Assembly: GCA_963514005.1 (NCBI GenBank)
Contig: OY740790.1
Location: 12,276,001-12,340,000 of the forward strand
Direction of reading: 5' to 3'
DNA from: Raja brachyura
Lineage: Eukaryota
Length of the DNA: 64,000 nucleotides
The notes under the pieces are model-generated. The model did no database searches. It was not told the DNA's origin and saw nothing but the letters and a program-made list of their open reading frames with translations. The position numbers were made by a program, and so were the translations under genes. Positions 21,001-31,499 of this stretch are shown here, one piece after another. The number at the start of each line of letters is the position of its first letter. Within the stretch, counting starts at the first letter, position 1.

Positions 21001-23898
21001 ACACTTATTGCAAGCATTTATAGAACCACATTTAGGGCACTCACAGTTGAGTAAACATGTGTTCAGTGCTATTCAGAGCTCAGAGACAAGTGACCCTCTG
21101 GCTTCCTCCATCTTGCAGAGACTGAGTGAGGCACACCACTTCCTGGTTTTATAGTCCCTCCCCCTCCCTCCAGCAGGGGCAGCAGAGAGAATGGCGAATT
21201 ATTATTATTTTTTTAAATATATCTCTGATTTTTCATCTATGGGAAATATCCTCTGGTCCAGGAAGGCGGAGGGGGGCTCTGAGCGAGCCGGCCAGAAATG
21301 AGGGCCGTAGGTGGCGACGTTCTCTCGGCAATCACACCACAGTGAGCCAAAAGCGGTCAAGATCAGACTTTTAGTATTATAGATATGCTGATTTACAACA
21401 ACAAAAAGACACAAAGTTCTGGAGTAAATCAGTGTGTCAGGTAGCATCCGTGCAGAACATAGATGGGTAAAGTTTCAAGTTGGGATCCTTCTTCAGACTG
21501 GTGTTGGTTTAGTGATAAATATTGACCAGGATGCTGGAATAAACTGGGCAGAACTCTACCACTTTAAATTTTAAATTGTGTTACAGAATCTTTTATGTAA
21601 ACTAGAGGGGGCTTTAATTTAACAACTTATGTGAAAGTGTAATTAACTGCTGCCATCATTTGGCACAGGACTGGAGAGACTTTCTAGCTTTTTGTGCCTA
21701 ATTCCTTCAACAGAAACTTGAGCTCACAAGTCATGGTGATTATTATAAATTGCAATAATCTATGATTGTAAAAATCATTAATAGACATCATGATATGAAT
21801 AGATCGGGTAGATGCACAGAGTCTCTTGCCCAGAGTAGGCAAATCAAGGACCAGTGAACATAAGTTTAATGTGTAGGGGAAAAGACTTAATTGGAATCAG
21901 ATGGGTAACGTTTTTACATCAAGGGTGGTGGGTGTATGGAACAAGCTGCTAGAGGAGGCAGTTGCGGCTGGGACTAACCGAACATTTAAGAAACAGTCAG
22001 ACGGGTACATGGATAGGACAGGATTGGAGGGATATGGACCAAACACGGGCAGGCGGGACTGGTGTAGATGGGGCATGATGGCTGGTGTGGGCAAGTTGCG
22101 CTGAAGGACCTGTTTCCACACTGTATCACTTTATCACTATGACTATGTTTCTTTGCATGGATTTGGCTAAACTTTTTGCAATTCATTAATTTCTCACGCC
22201 TCTGGTCTCAGGTATTCCCAGGGACACCACTCTCTCCATCACCCCCTCTGCTGTGAAGGAAGGAGACGGGGTCACATTCAGCTGCACAACCCTGTCCAAC
22301 CCCCCTGCCCAGCTTGTACTGGGGAGGCAGTCATCGAGCGGATGGACCGAGCTAGACTCTGAGAATGGGACATTGACAATCCGTGCTGTCCAGCCAGCTG
22401 ATGCAGGGCTGTATCAATGTGAGGCCATTAATGCTCTGGGGAAGCAGATCAACAGCAACAAACTCCAGGTTCAAGGTTTGTATGGAAATTAATGAGAGAT
22501 TTACAGGAACTGAATGTGAAAAGTATTTTCACTTGAATTATTACGAGGGGGGGAAAGAATGATTTGGATTCATGGGGGAGCATTTATACTATTCTGGACT
22601 ACGCAAACACTTTATCACCAATAAAGTGCCCTTGACTTGTGCAGCAATGAAATGTGGTGCAGCACATTCTCACAAAGTGCAATGTGAGGAAAACCAATTA
22701 GTTGTAATGATGGCGTAGAATAAATTGTATATGCTGATTTACAACAACATAAAGACACAAAGTTCTTGATTAACTCAGTGGGTCAGGTAACATCCCTGGA
22801 GAACATGGACGGGTAACGTTTCAAGTTGGGATCCTTCTTCAGACTGGTGTTGGTTTAGTGATAAATATTGACCAGGATGCTAGAATGAACTGGGCAGAAC
22901 TCTGCCACTTTAAATTTTTAATTGTGTTACAGAATCTTTTATGTCAACTAGAGGGGGTTTTAATTTAACAACTTATGCGACAGTATAACTAGCTGCTGCC
23001 ATCCTTTGGCACAGGACTGGAGAGACTTTCTAGCTTTTTGTGCCTGATTCCTTGAACAGAAACTTGAGCTCACAAGTCATGGTGATTATTATAAATTGCA
23101 ATCATCTATGATTGTAACAATCATTAATAGACATCATGAGATGAATAGATCTGGTAGATGCACAGTCTCTTGCCCAGAGTAGGTGAATCAAGGACAAGAG
23201 AACATGGGTTCAATGTGTAGGGGAAAAGACTTAATAGGAAACTAAGGGGTAACCTTTTTACACCAAGGGCGGTGGGTGTATGGAACAAGCTGCTAGAGGA
23301 GGCAGTTGAGGCTGGGACTAACCAAACATTGGAGAAACAGTAGATCGGGTAGAGTCAATAGACATGTATTTTCCCCCTCATCACCAAACCTGACTGTTTG
23401 GGCTCATCCTTCCAAACTGGTTGATGAAGGAGAAAAGGTCACCATTGACTGCACCATTCATAATATCCACTTAGCCAATTTCACCCGGAAGAAACTAGTG
23501 AACAACAGTGAAAATGTGCTGTCCTTCAGTAACAACAACTTTACAATCCTTGAAAAATACACCAAGTGACGCTGGGCTTTATAAGGTCAAAGCGATGAAT
23601 AAACTTGGGAAACAGGATTTGTGGAAATACAAGAAATTGGTAAGTTTAAGTATAGATTGAGAATTGTTGTGTGGAGAATGTATTTTACTGATATTGTTCT
23701 TTAAAAATATTCTTCTGTCTCTTTGCAGAAAAAATACCTGATAGAGCAACAACTACTGAGATTCCTCCGGGAGTTCTGGAAACAGTATGCACAGGAGCCG
23801 CAATTGGATCAGCAGGACTGATATTTTCTGCTCTGTATTATGCCTTTCGCAGAAGCAATTTGACAAATTCTTACAGAATAGCGGGAGAGATCCTGTGA
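3008..23898 (+). CDS. VCAM1: Gene A: VCAM1-like adhesion molecule, 14 coding exons, 12 Ig domains, predicted 1150 aa
   Basis: Exons of 61+276+303+267+9x264+170 = 3453 nt, all GT-AG phase-1 introns, open to TGA; domains align by eye to human VCAM1 D1, D2, D3, D7, TM and tail. Confidence 0.88.
3263..3538 (+). CDS. VCAM1: Gene A exon 2, Ig D1 (integrin-binding domain)
   Basis: ARIGDSLVLNCLAKSCSSPTFTWRIGTDNPLGG...NEHKYTCSARC; four-Cys pattern of VCAM/MAdCAM/ICAM D1; tgcag| and |gtaagt. Confidence 0.92.
4353..4655 (+). CDS. VCAM1: Gene A exon 3, Ig D2
   Basis: GSLEVGQRGSVRCMVPKVYP...LKG...LTPELRDSGQELTC resembles VCAM1 D2; canonical splice sites. Confidence 0.92.
4774..5040 (+). CDS. VCAM1: Gene A exon 4, Ig D3
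   Basis: YAPTGIDITAEPSATVREGQDVRLTC...IVWSKL...GMYRCEASNKLG; cag| and G|gtgcgt. Confidence 0.92.
5085..5575 (+). mobile_element. CR1 3' fragment; its 3' part precedes every array exon
   Basis: RGNFFTQRVVGVWNKL-type CR1 C-terminus plus 3' UTR and (ctatga)n-like tail. Confidence 0.8.
5640..5903 (+). CDS. VCAM1: Gene A D7-like Ig exon copy 1
   Basis: GIPRDTTLSITPSAVKEGDGVTFSC...LVLRRQ...DAGLYQCEAIN...LQVQ; lacks the C-strand Trp like VCAM1 D7; cag| and G|gtttgt. Confidence 0.88.
6148..7070 (-). mobile_element. Non-autonomous Helitron copy 1 with 22-bp and 33-bp minisatellites
   Basis: Minus strand starts TCTATATTACTAAAAG and ends with a GGGACCCAACGGATCCC hairpin then CTTAGTCTAA (CTAG in other copies); A^T target, no TSD. 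Confidence 0.8.
7893..8156 (+). CDS. VCAM1: Gene A D7-like Ig exon copy 2
   Basis: Intact 264 nt, AG/GT; NGT sequon changed to KGT. Confidence 0.85.
8411..9424 (-). mobile_element. Non-autonomous Helitron copy 2
   Basis: 5' TC and 3' CTAG termini, hairpin, A^T target. Confidence 0.85.
10253..10516 (+). CDS. VCAM1: Gene A D7-like Ig exon copy 3
   Basis: Intact 264 nt, AG/GT. Confidence 0.85.
10770..11550 (-). mobile_element. Non-autonomous Helitron copy 3
   Basis: Same termini; shorter minisatellite. Confidence 0.85.
12379..12642 (+). CDS. VCAM1: Gene A D7-like Ig exon copy 4
   Basis: Intact 264 nt; following intron has the empty Helitron site at 12896/12897. Confidence 0.85.
13706..13969 (+). 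CDS. VCAM1: Gene A D7-like Ig exon copy 5
   Basis: Intact 264 nt; acceptor tract shortened (tttgtcatgtctcag). Confidence 0.8.
14225..14588 (-). mobile_element. Helitron copy 4, 5' part deleted
   Basis: CTAG end present; minisatellite joins directly to downstream intron sequence. Confidence 0.8.
15375..15638 (+). CDS. VCAM1: Gene A D7-like Ig exon copy 6
   Basis: Intact 264 nt, AG/GT. Confidence 0.85.
15893..16896 (-). mobile_element. Non-autonomous Helitron copy 5
   Basis: Same termini and target. Confidence 0.85.
17725..17988 (+). CDS. VCAM1: Gene A D7-like Ig exon copy 7
   Basis: Intact 264 nt, AG/GT. Confidence 0.85.
18243..19264 (-). mobile_element. Non-autonomous Helitron copy 6
   Basis: Same termini and target. 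Confidence 0.85.
20093..20356 (+). CDS. VCAM1: Gene A D7-like Ig exon copy 8
   Basis: Intact 264 nt, AG/GT. Confidence 0.85.
20610..21383 (-). mobile_element. Non-autonomous Helitron copy 7
   Basis: Same termini and target. Confidence 0.85.
22212..22475 (+). CDS. VCAM1: Gene A D7-like Ig exon copy 9
   Basis: Intact 264 nt; following intron has the empty Helitron site at 22729/22730. Confidence 0.85.
23382..23639 (+). pseudogene. Dead membrane-proximal Ig exon of gene A
   Basis: PNLTVWAHPSKLVDEGEKVTIDC..., then frameshifted TPSDAGLYKVKAMNKLG; CAT where CAG is expected; in-frame TGA at 23567; intact donor |gtaagt. Confidence 0.75.
23729..23898 (+). CDS. VCAM1: Gene A last exon, transmembrane segment and cytoplasmic tail
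   Basis: EKIPDRATTTEIPPGVLETVCTGAAIGSAGLIFSALYYAFRRSNLTNSYRIAGEIL*; tail resembles human YFARKANMKGSYSL; strong acceptor. Confidence 0.88.
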
Positions 23899-24392
23899 AG
23901 TGAAAACAAAGGACCAAAGGAATGGACATTCACACTTCTAGCACCGATCAATCTCTGGGACTGTGCTGCTAGGGGCGGGAAGTTGGGAAATGACGGAGCT
24001 GGATTATAACAAGATTCAAAATATTACCAACAGCTGGTATCTAAAAAGTGGTCAGTAGACTTGAACTTGGGGCACTTTATTGTAAATAATAATTTGTTGG
24101 CGTTCTTGCGAGGAATAGTACTGTGCTAAGGAAATAGTGCACAAACAATTCACTTCAAATAGTTCTCTGGCTTAAACAAATGCATTTTCGATATTTCTCT
24201 CCCATGTTCCAGGCAAAATTCAAACCATTAGCACTCTTCAGTGAAACAGATCTAGATTTTTCAGATGCAAAATGGTGCTGGACTTGATCCCATCCTTCCC
24301 TTGTGGGTAATGGGAGGCCATTGTGAGCCAGGAGCAAGGCACTTTATACTTACTGTTCTACTGTTTATGGATAAAAAAATATTTGACCTCCT

Positions 24393-24875
24393 ATGGTTCA
24401 CCAGACTGATTCCTAGGATGTCAGAACTTTCATATGAAGAAAGACTGGATAGACTCGGCTTGTACTCGGTAGAATTTAGAAGATTGAGCGGGGGGGAAAC
24501 TTACAAAAGTCTTAAGGGGTTGGACAGGCTGGATGCAGGAAGATTGTTCCCGATGTTGGGGAAGTCCAGAACAAGGGGTCACGGTTTAAGGATACAGGGG
24601 AAGTATTTTAGGACCGAGATGAGATAAACATTTTTCATACAGAGAGTGGTTAATCTGTGGAATTCCCTGCCGCAGAAGGTATTTGAGGCTAGTTCATTGG
24701 CTATATTTAAGAGGGAGTTAGATGTCGCCCTTGTGGCTAAAGGGATCAGGGGGTATGGAGAGAAGGCAGGTACAGGATACTGAGTTGGATGATCAGCCAT
24801 GATGATATTGAATGGCGGTGCTGGCTCGAAGGGCCGAATGGCCTACTCCTGCACCTATTTTCTATGTTTCTATGA
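24393..24875 (+). mobile_element. CR1 3' fragment in the probable 3' UTR of gene A
   Basis: FTRLIPRMSELSYEERLDRLGL motif, 3' UTR and ctattttctatgtttctatg tail. Confidence 0.88.
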
Positions 24876-25328
24876 TGCTGTTGATTTTTTTTTTTTTTTT
24901 AATGCTGCTGCATTCTTCCCAGAACATTTGAACCACTTTTGCAATGAATTCCTAACACATTGAACTGGGACACCTTCCATTGTGGTTGAATCTCGGAACT
25001 GTGTGCTGGTTTAGGTACTGAACTCTCAGCTGGGGACCATTGGTCGGTGACTCAGTTTTCTGAAGCTGGAACTGGAAATCCAAACCAAATGAATTGTACT
25101 CTTTGAACTAAACTATTGTTAAACTCAATTTGCATTACTGTCCACACGTTATTTCAATCATTTTTTAATCTAACATGTCAAATCCTGCAATAATTGAGAT
25201 GAAACAAATTAACCAAAATAGTATTTATTTTTTGACTTAATACACCTCTCAAATTAAGTAATTTAAAATATTAGCAAAGATTTTTCACAATTGGAATATA
25301 ATATTGTCAACTTTACTGTTTTGAGAAT

Positions 25329-25546
25329 AATAAATTTCCAACGTGAAAACCAGGAATTTCAGTGACACTTGCAATAATTTTAAATAAAGTCCAGTCCCAG
25401 TACATTTTGCAATGCTGTCAGTCCAGGAAAGGTTGCATGTGTAGAATTAATGATTTGGCTGCTTCTAAAAGCGAGTGAATATCCGTGAACTTGTGTGGAC
25501 ACTTGTACTACTGATTCTATTGACTAATGTTGTGGGTTTTAATAAA
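25329..25546 (+). terminator. Candidate polyadenylation signals of gene A
   Basis: AATAAA at 25329, 25383 and 25541 in AT-rich sequence; the site used is unknown. Confidence 0.35.
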
Positions 25547-28169
25547 CTGTATAATTATCTGAGCAGTTTCTCATGATAGTCTGTGAATCCTGATGGTCTG
25601 AGAGTTAAATATAATCACAGCAGTGTTACTCTATAGGTTCAGTCAAAGCACTTACTGTAAATGCGACAAGTTCATTTGTTTAGAGTTTAGCTTTGTAATT
25701 CTTCTACGTTTATGAAATTTAATATATGGAGAGCAACTTTGATTAAACAAACACTTTTAAGCTGCAGCAAAAATAAACTATACGAGCTGCACAACCTCTT
25801 GGGAAACTGGTATCCCAAAGAAATTGTGATATAGAATATCAATTAGCCCGAAATGACTGTCTTTAAAATTCTTATCATTTAAAATGAGTTACTAACACAT
25901 ATAGGTCAAAGGCCATGGATATAGGATATCACCAATGATTTTAAAAAGTGTATGGGAGAAGGAAACAGAAAATAAAGTAATGGTCTGATGATGCAAGTTT
26001 AAAGATTGTGAAGCAGAACAGAGTGGGAACATTTGAGGAATAGAGTCGTTTTGAGGTCTTTGTGTTTATTTAGACGAGTTGGATAGTCTTTATTTCCATA
26101 CTGAAGATTATTCCCAGGATCACCAGCCAGGAATAGGGGGTCAGACAAGTACGTGTGAGATAAGGAGGGATTTTAGCTCCCAGAATGTTGTGAATCTTCG
26201 GAATGTTCTGCCTTAGACAGGCATGGAGGCCGTCTTTGAATATATTCAAGATTAATGTTGGTATTTTTGTACTATACAAGAGTCAAGGGTTATGGGGAAT
26301 GGGCAGTAAAATGCATTTGAGGTGAACATCAAATCTCATTGATGGTGAAGCCAAGGCACACAGGGCCTACTACTCCTTACATTCTTAGATGAAACAAAGA
26401 GGTTGGGCCAGGGTAGAATGTTAATGAGACAATGACTACAAAACATTAATGCCTGGTGTGACCATCTCCACTAGTCAGGGAAAGCTCAAAGTTACGCAGA
26501 GACAGTCTTCTGTAAATTGTCCCTAGCGTAGAGTATAAAACTGGTGTATGGACGATCATTGGTTGGCAGGGACTCGGTGGGCCGAAGGGCCTCTCTAAAC
26601 TAAAAAAACGAAGCAAGAAACAGTGGGTCCAATCTCGTGGTAACTTAGGCCTCAATGGGAGGCAGAAGAGCTGGCTATTAGGATAATAACAACAAATCTC
26701 TAAACTAAGTCTAGGATCCTGTAGTGAGATTTCAGCATGGTAACCAATAAGATCAAATAGAACAAGTTGTCCTACAACTTTAGGCTGTGCAGACCATATG
26801 CAAGAAGAGGCATGGTAACATAGTGACGATTTGTGACATATTGATGAGAATAGAATGGTGTGTTGGAGAAATTAACATAAGTGTACCTCTGGGTCAGAGT
26901 GCATTTAAAGGAACCGGCACCATCCCTGGGTAGTTTGGTATGGCAGGTTGGTCAGTTGTGCCTTGGACAGCGTGACTGTGTTTGCAGCACTTATAAATGA
27001 GAGTGGGTCTCTGCGTTAGAGTGATGTGGCTACTGAGGACTCTGGATAGTGGGACAGGGATTGCTTGGGATGTCAGAGGAGGGTGTAGACGTTTTCAGTA
27101 GACCTTCATGGGCAGTGCACCTATTAATGCAGCAGCTCTTGTACTATCAAACTGATTACTGCTGATAAAGAGTCTCATTTAGTCCAGCATTTTAAAATGT
27201 AATTGGCCTTGGCTCAGCACAAGTGAATACGCAGGAGAGACCTCGTGAAAGTGTTCCTGGACTCGGCCCAACTCTATTAAAGTCTAAGTTGTTTCCTACG
27301 GCATAATAAAGTCAGCCCGCATTCAGATCAGTGTTGCAGAGTAGAGTTGGTATATATTTTATGTTCAGAAGAATGAAAAGTTAGCATAGAAACTAACTGT
27401 TACTGCCTTAAAGACCAGAGTTTTAAAACACCAGTGCCATTTACTGTAAAACTGGAAGAGGATACAAAGGGGAATTCTGCAACCTATGGGTAATTTACAA
27501 GATTTCTACTAATCCCAGAAGATTCATTAAAGTTCCTCTATTTGGAGAAAAGGCTGTTTTTTGTTTTATTCAACAGCCAGAATCAGTTGGAACAGATCAG
27601 ACAGCTAATCCACTCACAGAATGTCACTCACTTAAGAGTAAACTGGCTGCAGTTTAGTTTCTAGAATTACAACATGGAAACAAGCCCTTCGGCCCATCGA
27701 GTCCATGCCGCCCAACGGTCACCCTTCACATTAGTTCTATGTTATCCCACTTTCTCATCCACTCCCTACGCACTAGGTGTGTAGGAAGGAACTGCAGATG
27801 CTGGTTTATACCAAAGAAACCACAAAATGTTGGAGTAACTCAGCGGGTCAGGCAGCATCTCTGAATCAATGGGACCAGCGAGTGTGTAGCGTCAGAGGTG
27901 ATGTGCTCTATCCACCATTTATGTCGGGCTCCTAGAAGCTCCCAACACATGGACTTGAAGATTATATGGTCATCTGGAATCCCTTCCACCTTGAGTACTA
28001 ATGGACCAGGTATTCCCAGGAATCAATGAAAATGCGGCATCCTTTCAAGCAAGTTTGAAAACTATCCCTGAACCTTGTGTAAGTCAGAATCTCTTACTAT
28101 CTCTTACTATGACCAAGCTTAGAATTGATATTCTGTTTTGAGAGTGTATTGTCAGGCTTCTGTACAATG

Positions 28170-28700
28170 TGGTCATTAGGCAGAATTAGGCCATTCAGCC
28201 CATTGAGTCTCCTCTGCCATTTAATCATGGCTGATCTGTTTTTTTCCTCTCAACCCCATTCTCCTGCCTTCTCTCCATAATCTTTTATGCCTTTCCTAAT
28301 CAAGAACCTATCAATCTCTGCCTTAAAAATACCCAATGACTTGGCCTCCACAGCCATCTGTGGCAATTAATTCCACAGATTCACCTCCCTTTGGCTAAAG
28401 AAATTCCTCCTCAACTCCATTTTGAAGGTACATCCTTTTATTCTGAGGCTGTTCCCCAACTGCTTCTAGATTCTCCCATTACTGGAAACATCCTCTCCAC
28501 ATCCACTCTATCTGGGCCTTTCACTATCCAGTGGGTTTCCATGAGATCCCCCCTCATCCATCTAAACTTCAGCGTGTATAGGCCCAGAGTCTTCAAACGC
28601 TCCTTCTCTGTTAACCCAAATATCCATGGGATTGTTCTCCTCTGGACCCTCTCCAAAGTCGGCACATCCTTCCTCAGATATGAGGCCCAAAACTGCTCAT
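28170..28700 (-). mobile_element. CR1 3' fragment
   Basis: LERVQRR...ERLKTLGLYTLKFRWMRGDL on the minus strand. Confidence 0.8.
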
Positions 28701-29605
28701 TGGAAGATTTTGTGGAGCCATTTTTAGTGGTCCCTCACCAGTGCTTTGAGATGGCGGCTGTGGCTAGTCCACGTCTCCAAAGCAGATGGGAGGGCATAGA
28801 ATCAGAGGTGCAAAGAATAAACTTCCCGCTGGAGTGTTACTAATCCACAGGGCTGATGAAAAACTATCAACCTTCACAACTTCCACTCAAGAACCAATGT
28901 CACCCCAATATTTGTAGGTGAGCTGCAGTACCACCTTATGTGTCTGCATATTCAGAGGTCAGGCTCTTCATTAGACAGTGGGCCGAGAGGCCTATTTCCA
29001 CTCTCTATTTTTAAATCTAAACTCACTCATCGCTGGCACCTGAGGTGGAGCATCAAGAGCTGCGGTGGAGATGTCAGCCTAGCATGAATGTGGCTGAGAA
29101 TGATGTTCGACACAGTGATCTATCTGCTTCTTTTTGTCAGTGATGATGGTGAGGTCTGCAGATTTCAGAGAAGCATTTTTGGACATGATTGGACCTAATG
29201 CTCTGTTTATGCCATCGTGCACGGCACAAAGGTTTCCATAGTTGCGTGCAGCTTGGATTTCTTCGCCAAGTCACTCCAGTACCTGTGTAGCTGCTTTTGC
29301 AAGCTTTAGGCCTCTTCACGTGCTGCGGGTTCGGTTGTACAACATGTGCAAGGTGCGCAGAGCATTTAGCTTCAAAGATGGGTGACATTTCATCTAAGTA
29401 TGCCTCGAAACGTGATTTAGAGTGCTGATTCTTTGAAACCAAATGACAAAATAACAATTATGTCAACAGGGAGTTGAATGCTAAGTGGAACATATCAACA
29501 GTAACAGCAAAGTAGACATCCTGTTCTTTCGGAAATAATTTTGTTCTGTGAAGCAGCAGAATGCAGAGTTTCTTTTCACAGTGAACAATCATCTGTATTT
29601 CAGGA

Positions 29606-30600
29606 AAGGGCCTGTCCCACTGGGCCAGTCCCACTTAGGTGATTTTTTTAGGCGACTGCCAGTGACTAGGACCATGGAATTTACCAAAGTTAGCACCGGT
29701 GACAACCTACGTCACCCGGCGACAACATACGTCACCTGGTGACCACCTATGACAGCAGCTACAACAACCTACGACAATCTATGACAGTCCAAATTGTCGC
29801 CACTCTCGCCGAACGATTTTCAACATGTTAAAAAATGTTCGGCAGTCGCCTGTAGTTGCCTAAAAATCGCCTAAGTGGGACGGGCCCTAGTCAATTTTTT
29901 AGGTGACTATAGGCCACTAGGCTGTCACCACATGGTCGCCGGGGTGTCGCCTGTATGGTCGTGCCTCGGTCGCCCAAAGAGTTGTAGAGCTTTTCTGGTC
30001 ACTGCTGGATTTTGAAATGTTCAAAAAAATTTGGCGACAGTGGGCTTGGTGCCAATGAACGTAGTTTGACTTCTCCTGACGTAGGTGCTGTCGTAGGTTG
30101 TCACCAGGATGACGTAGGTTGTCGCCAGGATGGGGGGGGGCGGCAGCTCGCGGGGTGAAGGGGGTGGCAGCTCGCAGGGTGGGGCCGGCAGCTCGCGGGG
30201 GGTGGGCGGCATTTTGCGGGGGGGAGGACGGCAGCTCACGGGGGGGGGGGTGGCATATTGCGGGGGGGGGGGGGGCAGTAGCTCGCGGGGGCGCGGCAGT
30301 TTGTGGGGGGGCAGCAGCTAGCGGGGAGGCGGCAGCGGGCGTCGACCAAAGCTCTCGTGTACAGGTCCCAAGCCGAGTCGCGAGCGGGCGAACGTCTTCA
30401 GTCAACAGGGCGACTTTTGAACAACGGGGGGAGGGGGGAGGAGTGAGAGATGACGTCAATCGCAGCGCGAGCAGATGGCAGGAAGATCCATTATCATCTT
30501 ATGTGAAAAAAACAACAAATGGGTGTTTTGAATTGAAAATTGGATCGAATTTGTGAACATTTTTATTAATTACTCAAGCAATAAAGCACAACATTTTCAG
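29606..30600. mobile_element. MITE-like DNA element(s) with AGGGCCTGTCCCAC termini and GC-rich interior
   Basis: Inverted termini at ~29606 and ~29875-29888; gacaacctac-type internal repeats shared with 61026-61483; right boundary approximate. Confidence 0.5.
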
Positions 30601-31139
30601 CTAAGCGGATTTTTGACCCCAAGGGATGAATCTCAACCGGAATATGTAAAAAAGGTTGTGCTTTGAATAACATTTTGCAGGAATTCTAGAGGCAGTTGAG
30701 GAGCAAGTAAAAACAAGAATTAGGACTAATCCCTGTTTGGTTAGCTTACACCAAATCAGACTAATGTCCATTAAAATAATTGCAAATTTGTCCAAATGCC
30801 AATTAAAATAATGATTTTTTGCACATTCACATCCTGAGCAGTATATTAAACAGGACATGCCCACTTTCCATTTTGGACAGGTTTATGGCTGTGTTTATAA
30901 ATGAGAAAGTCAAAACAGCAAAATCTTTACTGTCACAATAAATTGCTAACTTTCCTAAATTCTGAAGAAAATGAATGAACTTGAGCTAAGAACTGTATTC
31001 CTCTCTCTATCAATGCTAATTTTGAACCAGGGACAGAGGCTTACTATGTAATGAACACAGGATGCAGCAGAATAAGGTAAAGTAAAATAAAGTAAAGGAA
31101 ATTAAACTTTTGTTTTGAAGGGGGTGTAATATAAATATA

Positions 31140-31440
31140 GTTTAGTTTTCGGTAAGTTTAGAGATGCAGCGTGGAAACAGGCCCTTTGGCCCACCCCACC
31201 AACCAACAATTACCCACACACTAGTTCTATCCTACACACTCGGGACAATTTACAGAAACCAATTAAGCTTCAAAACTTGCACGTCTTTGGAGTGTGGGAG
31301 GGAACTGAAGCACCCAGAGGAAACCCACACGGACACAGGGAGAACGTACAAACTCCGTCCCGACAGCACCCGTAATCAGGATTGAACCTGGGTCTCGGGT
31401 GTTGTCAGGTAGTAACTCTACCCCTGTGCCACTGCGCCAC
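31140..31440 (-). mobile_element. tRNA-derived SINE (V-SINE/HE1-like)
   Basis: A-box-like gtggcgcag, B-box ggttcaatcc and core gtttgtacgttctccc...gggtttcctctgggtgct...ctcccaca on the minus strand. Confidence 0.7.
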
Positions 31441-31499
31441 CCAAAACTATTAATAAATCCTGCTGTGTGCAACAACAAGCTGGAACATTGCTTGTATCT

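Larger units (their letters stand above)
5230..23340 (+). repeat. Tandem array of nine exon+intron units (1.3-2.4 kb each)
   Basis: Each unit has CR1 3' end, 264-nt Ig exon, intron, optional Helitron and spacer; units are visibly near-identical. Confidence 0.95.

Noticed and set aside
5640-22475. Dscam-like mutually exclusive diversity cassette
   Set aside because: Copies are nearly identical and membrane-proximal, and no docking/selector elements were seen; a spacer role fits better, though only transcripts can exclude it
29917-30556. Gly- or Pro-rich ORFs and CpG-island-like region
   Set aside because: Low-complexity interior of a repeat family that recurs at 61026-61483
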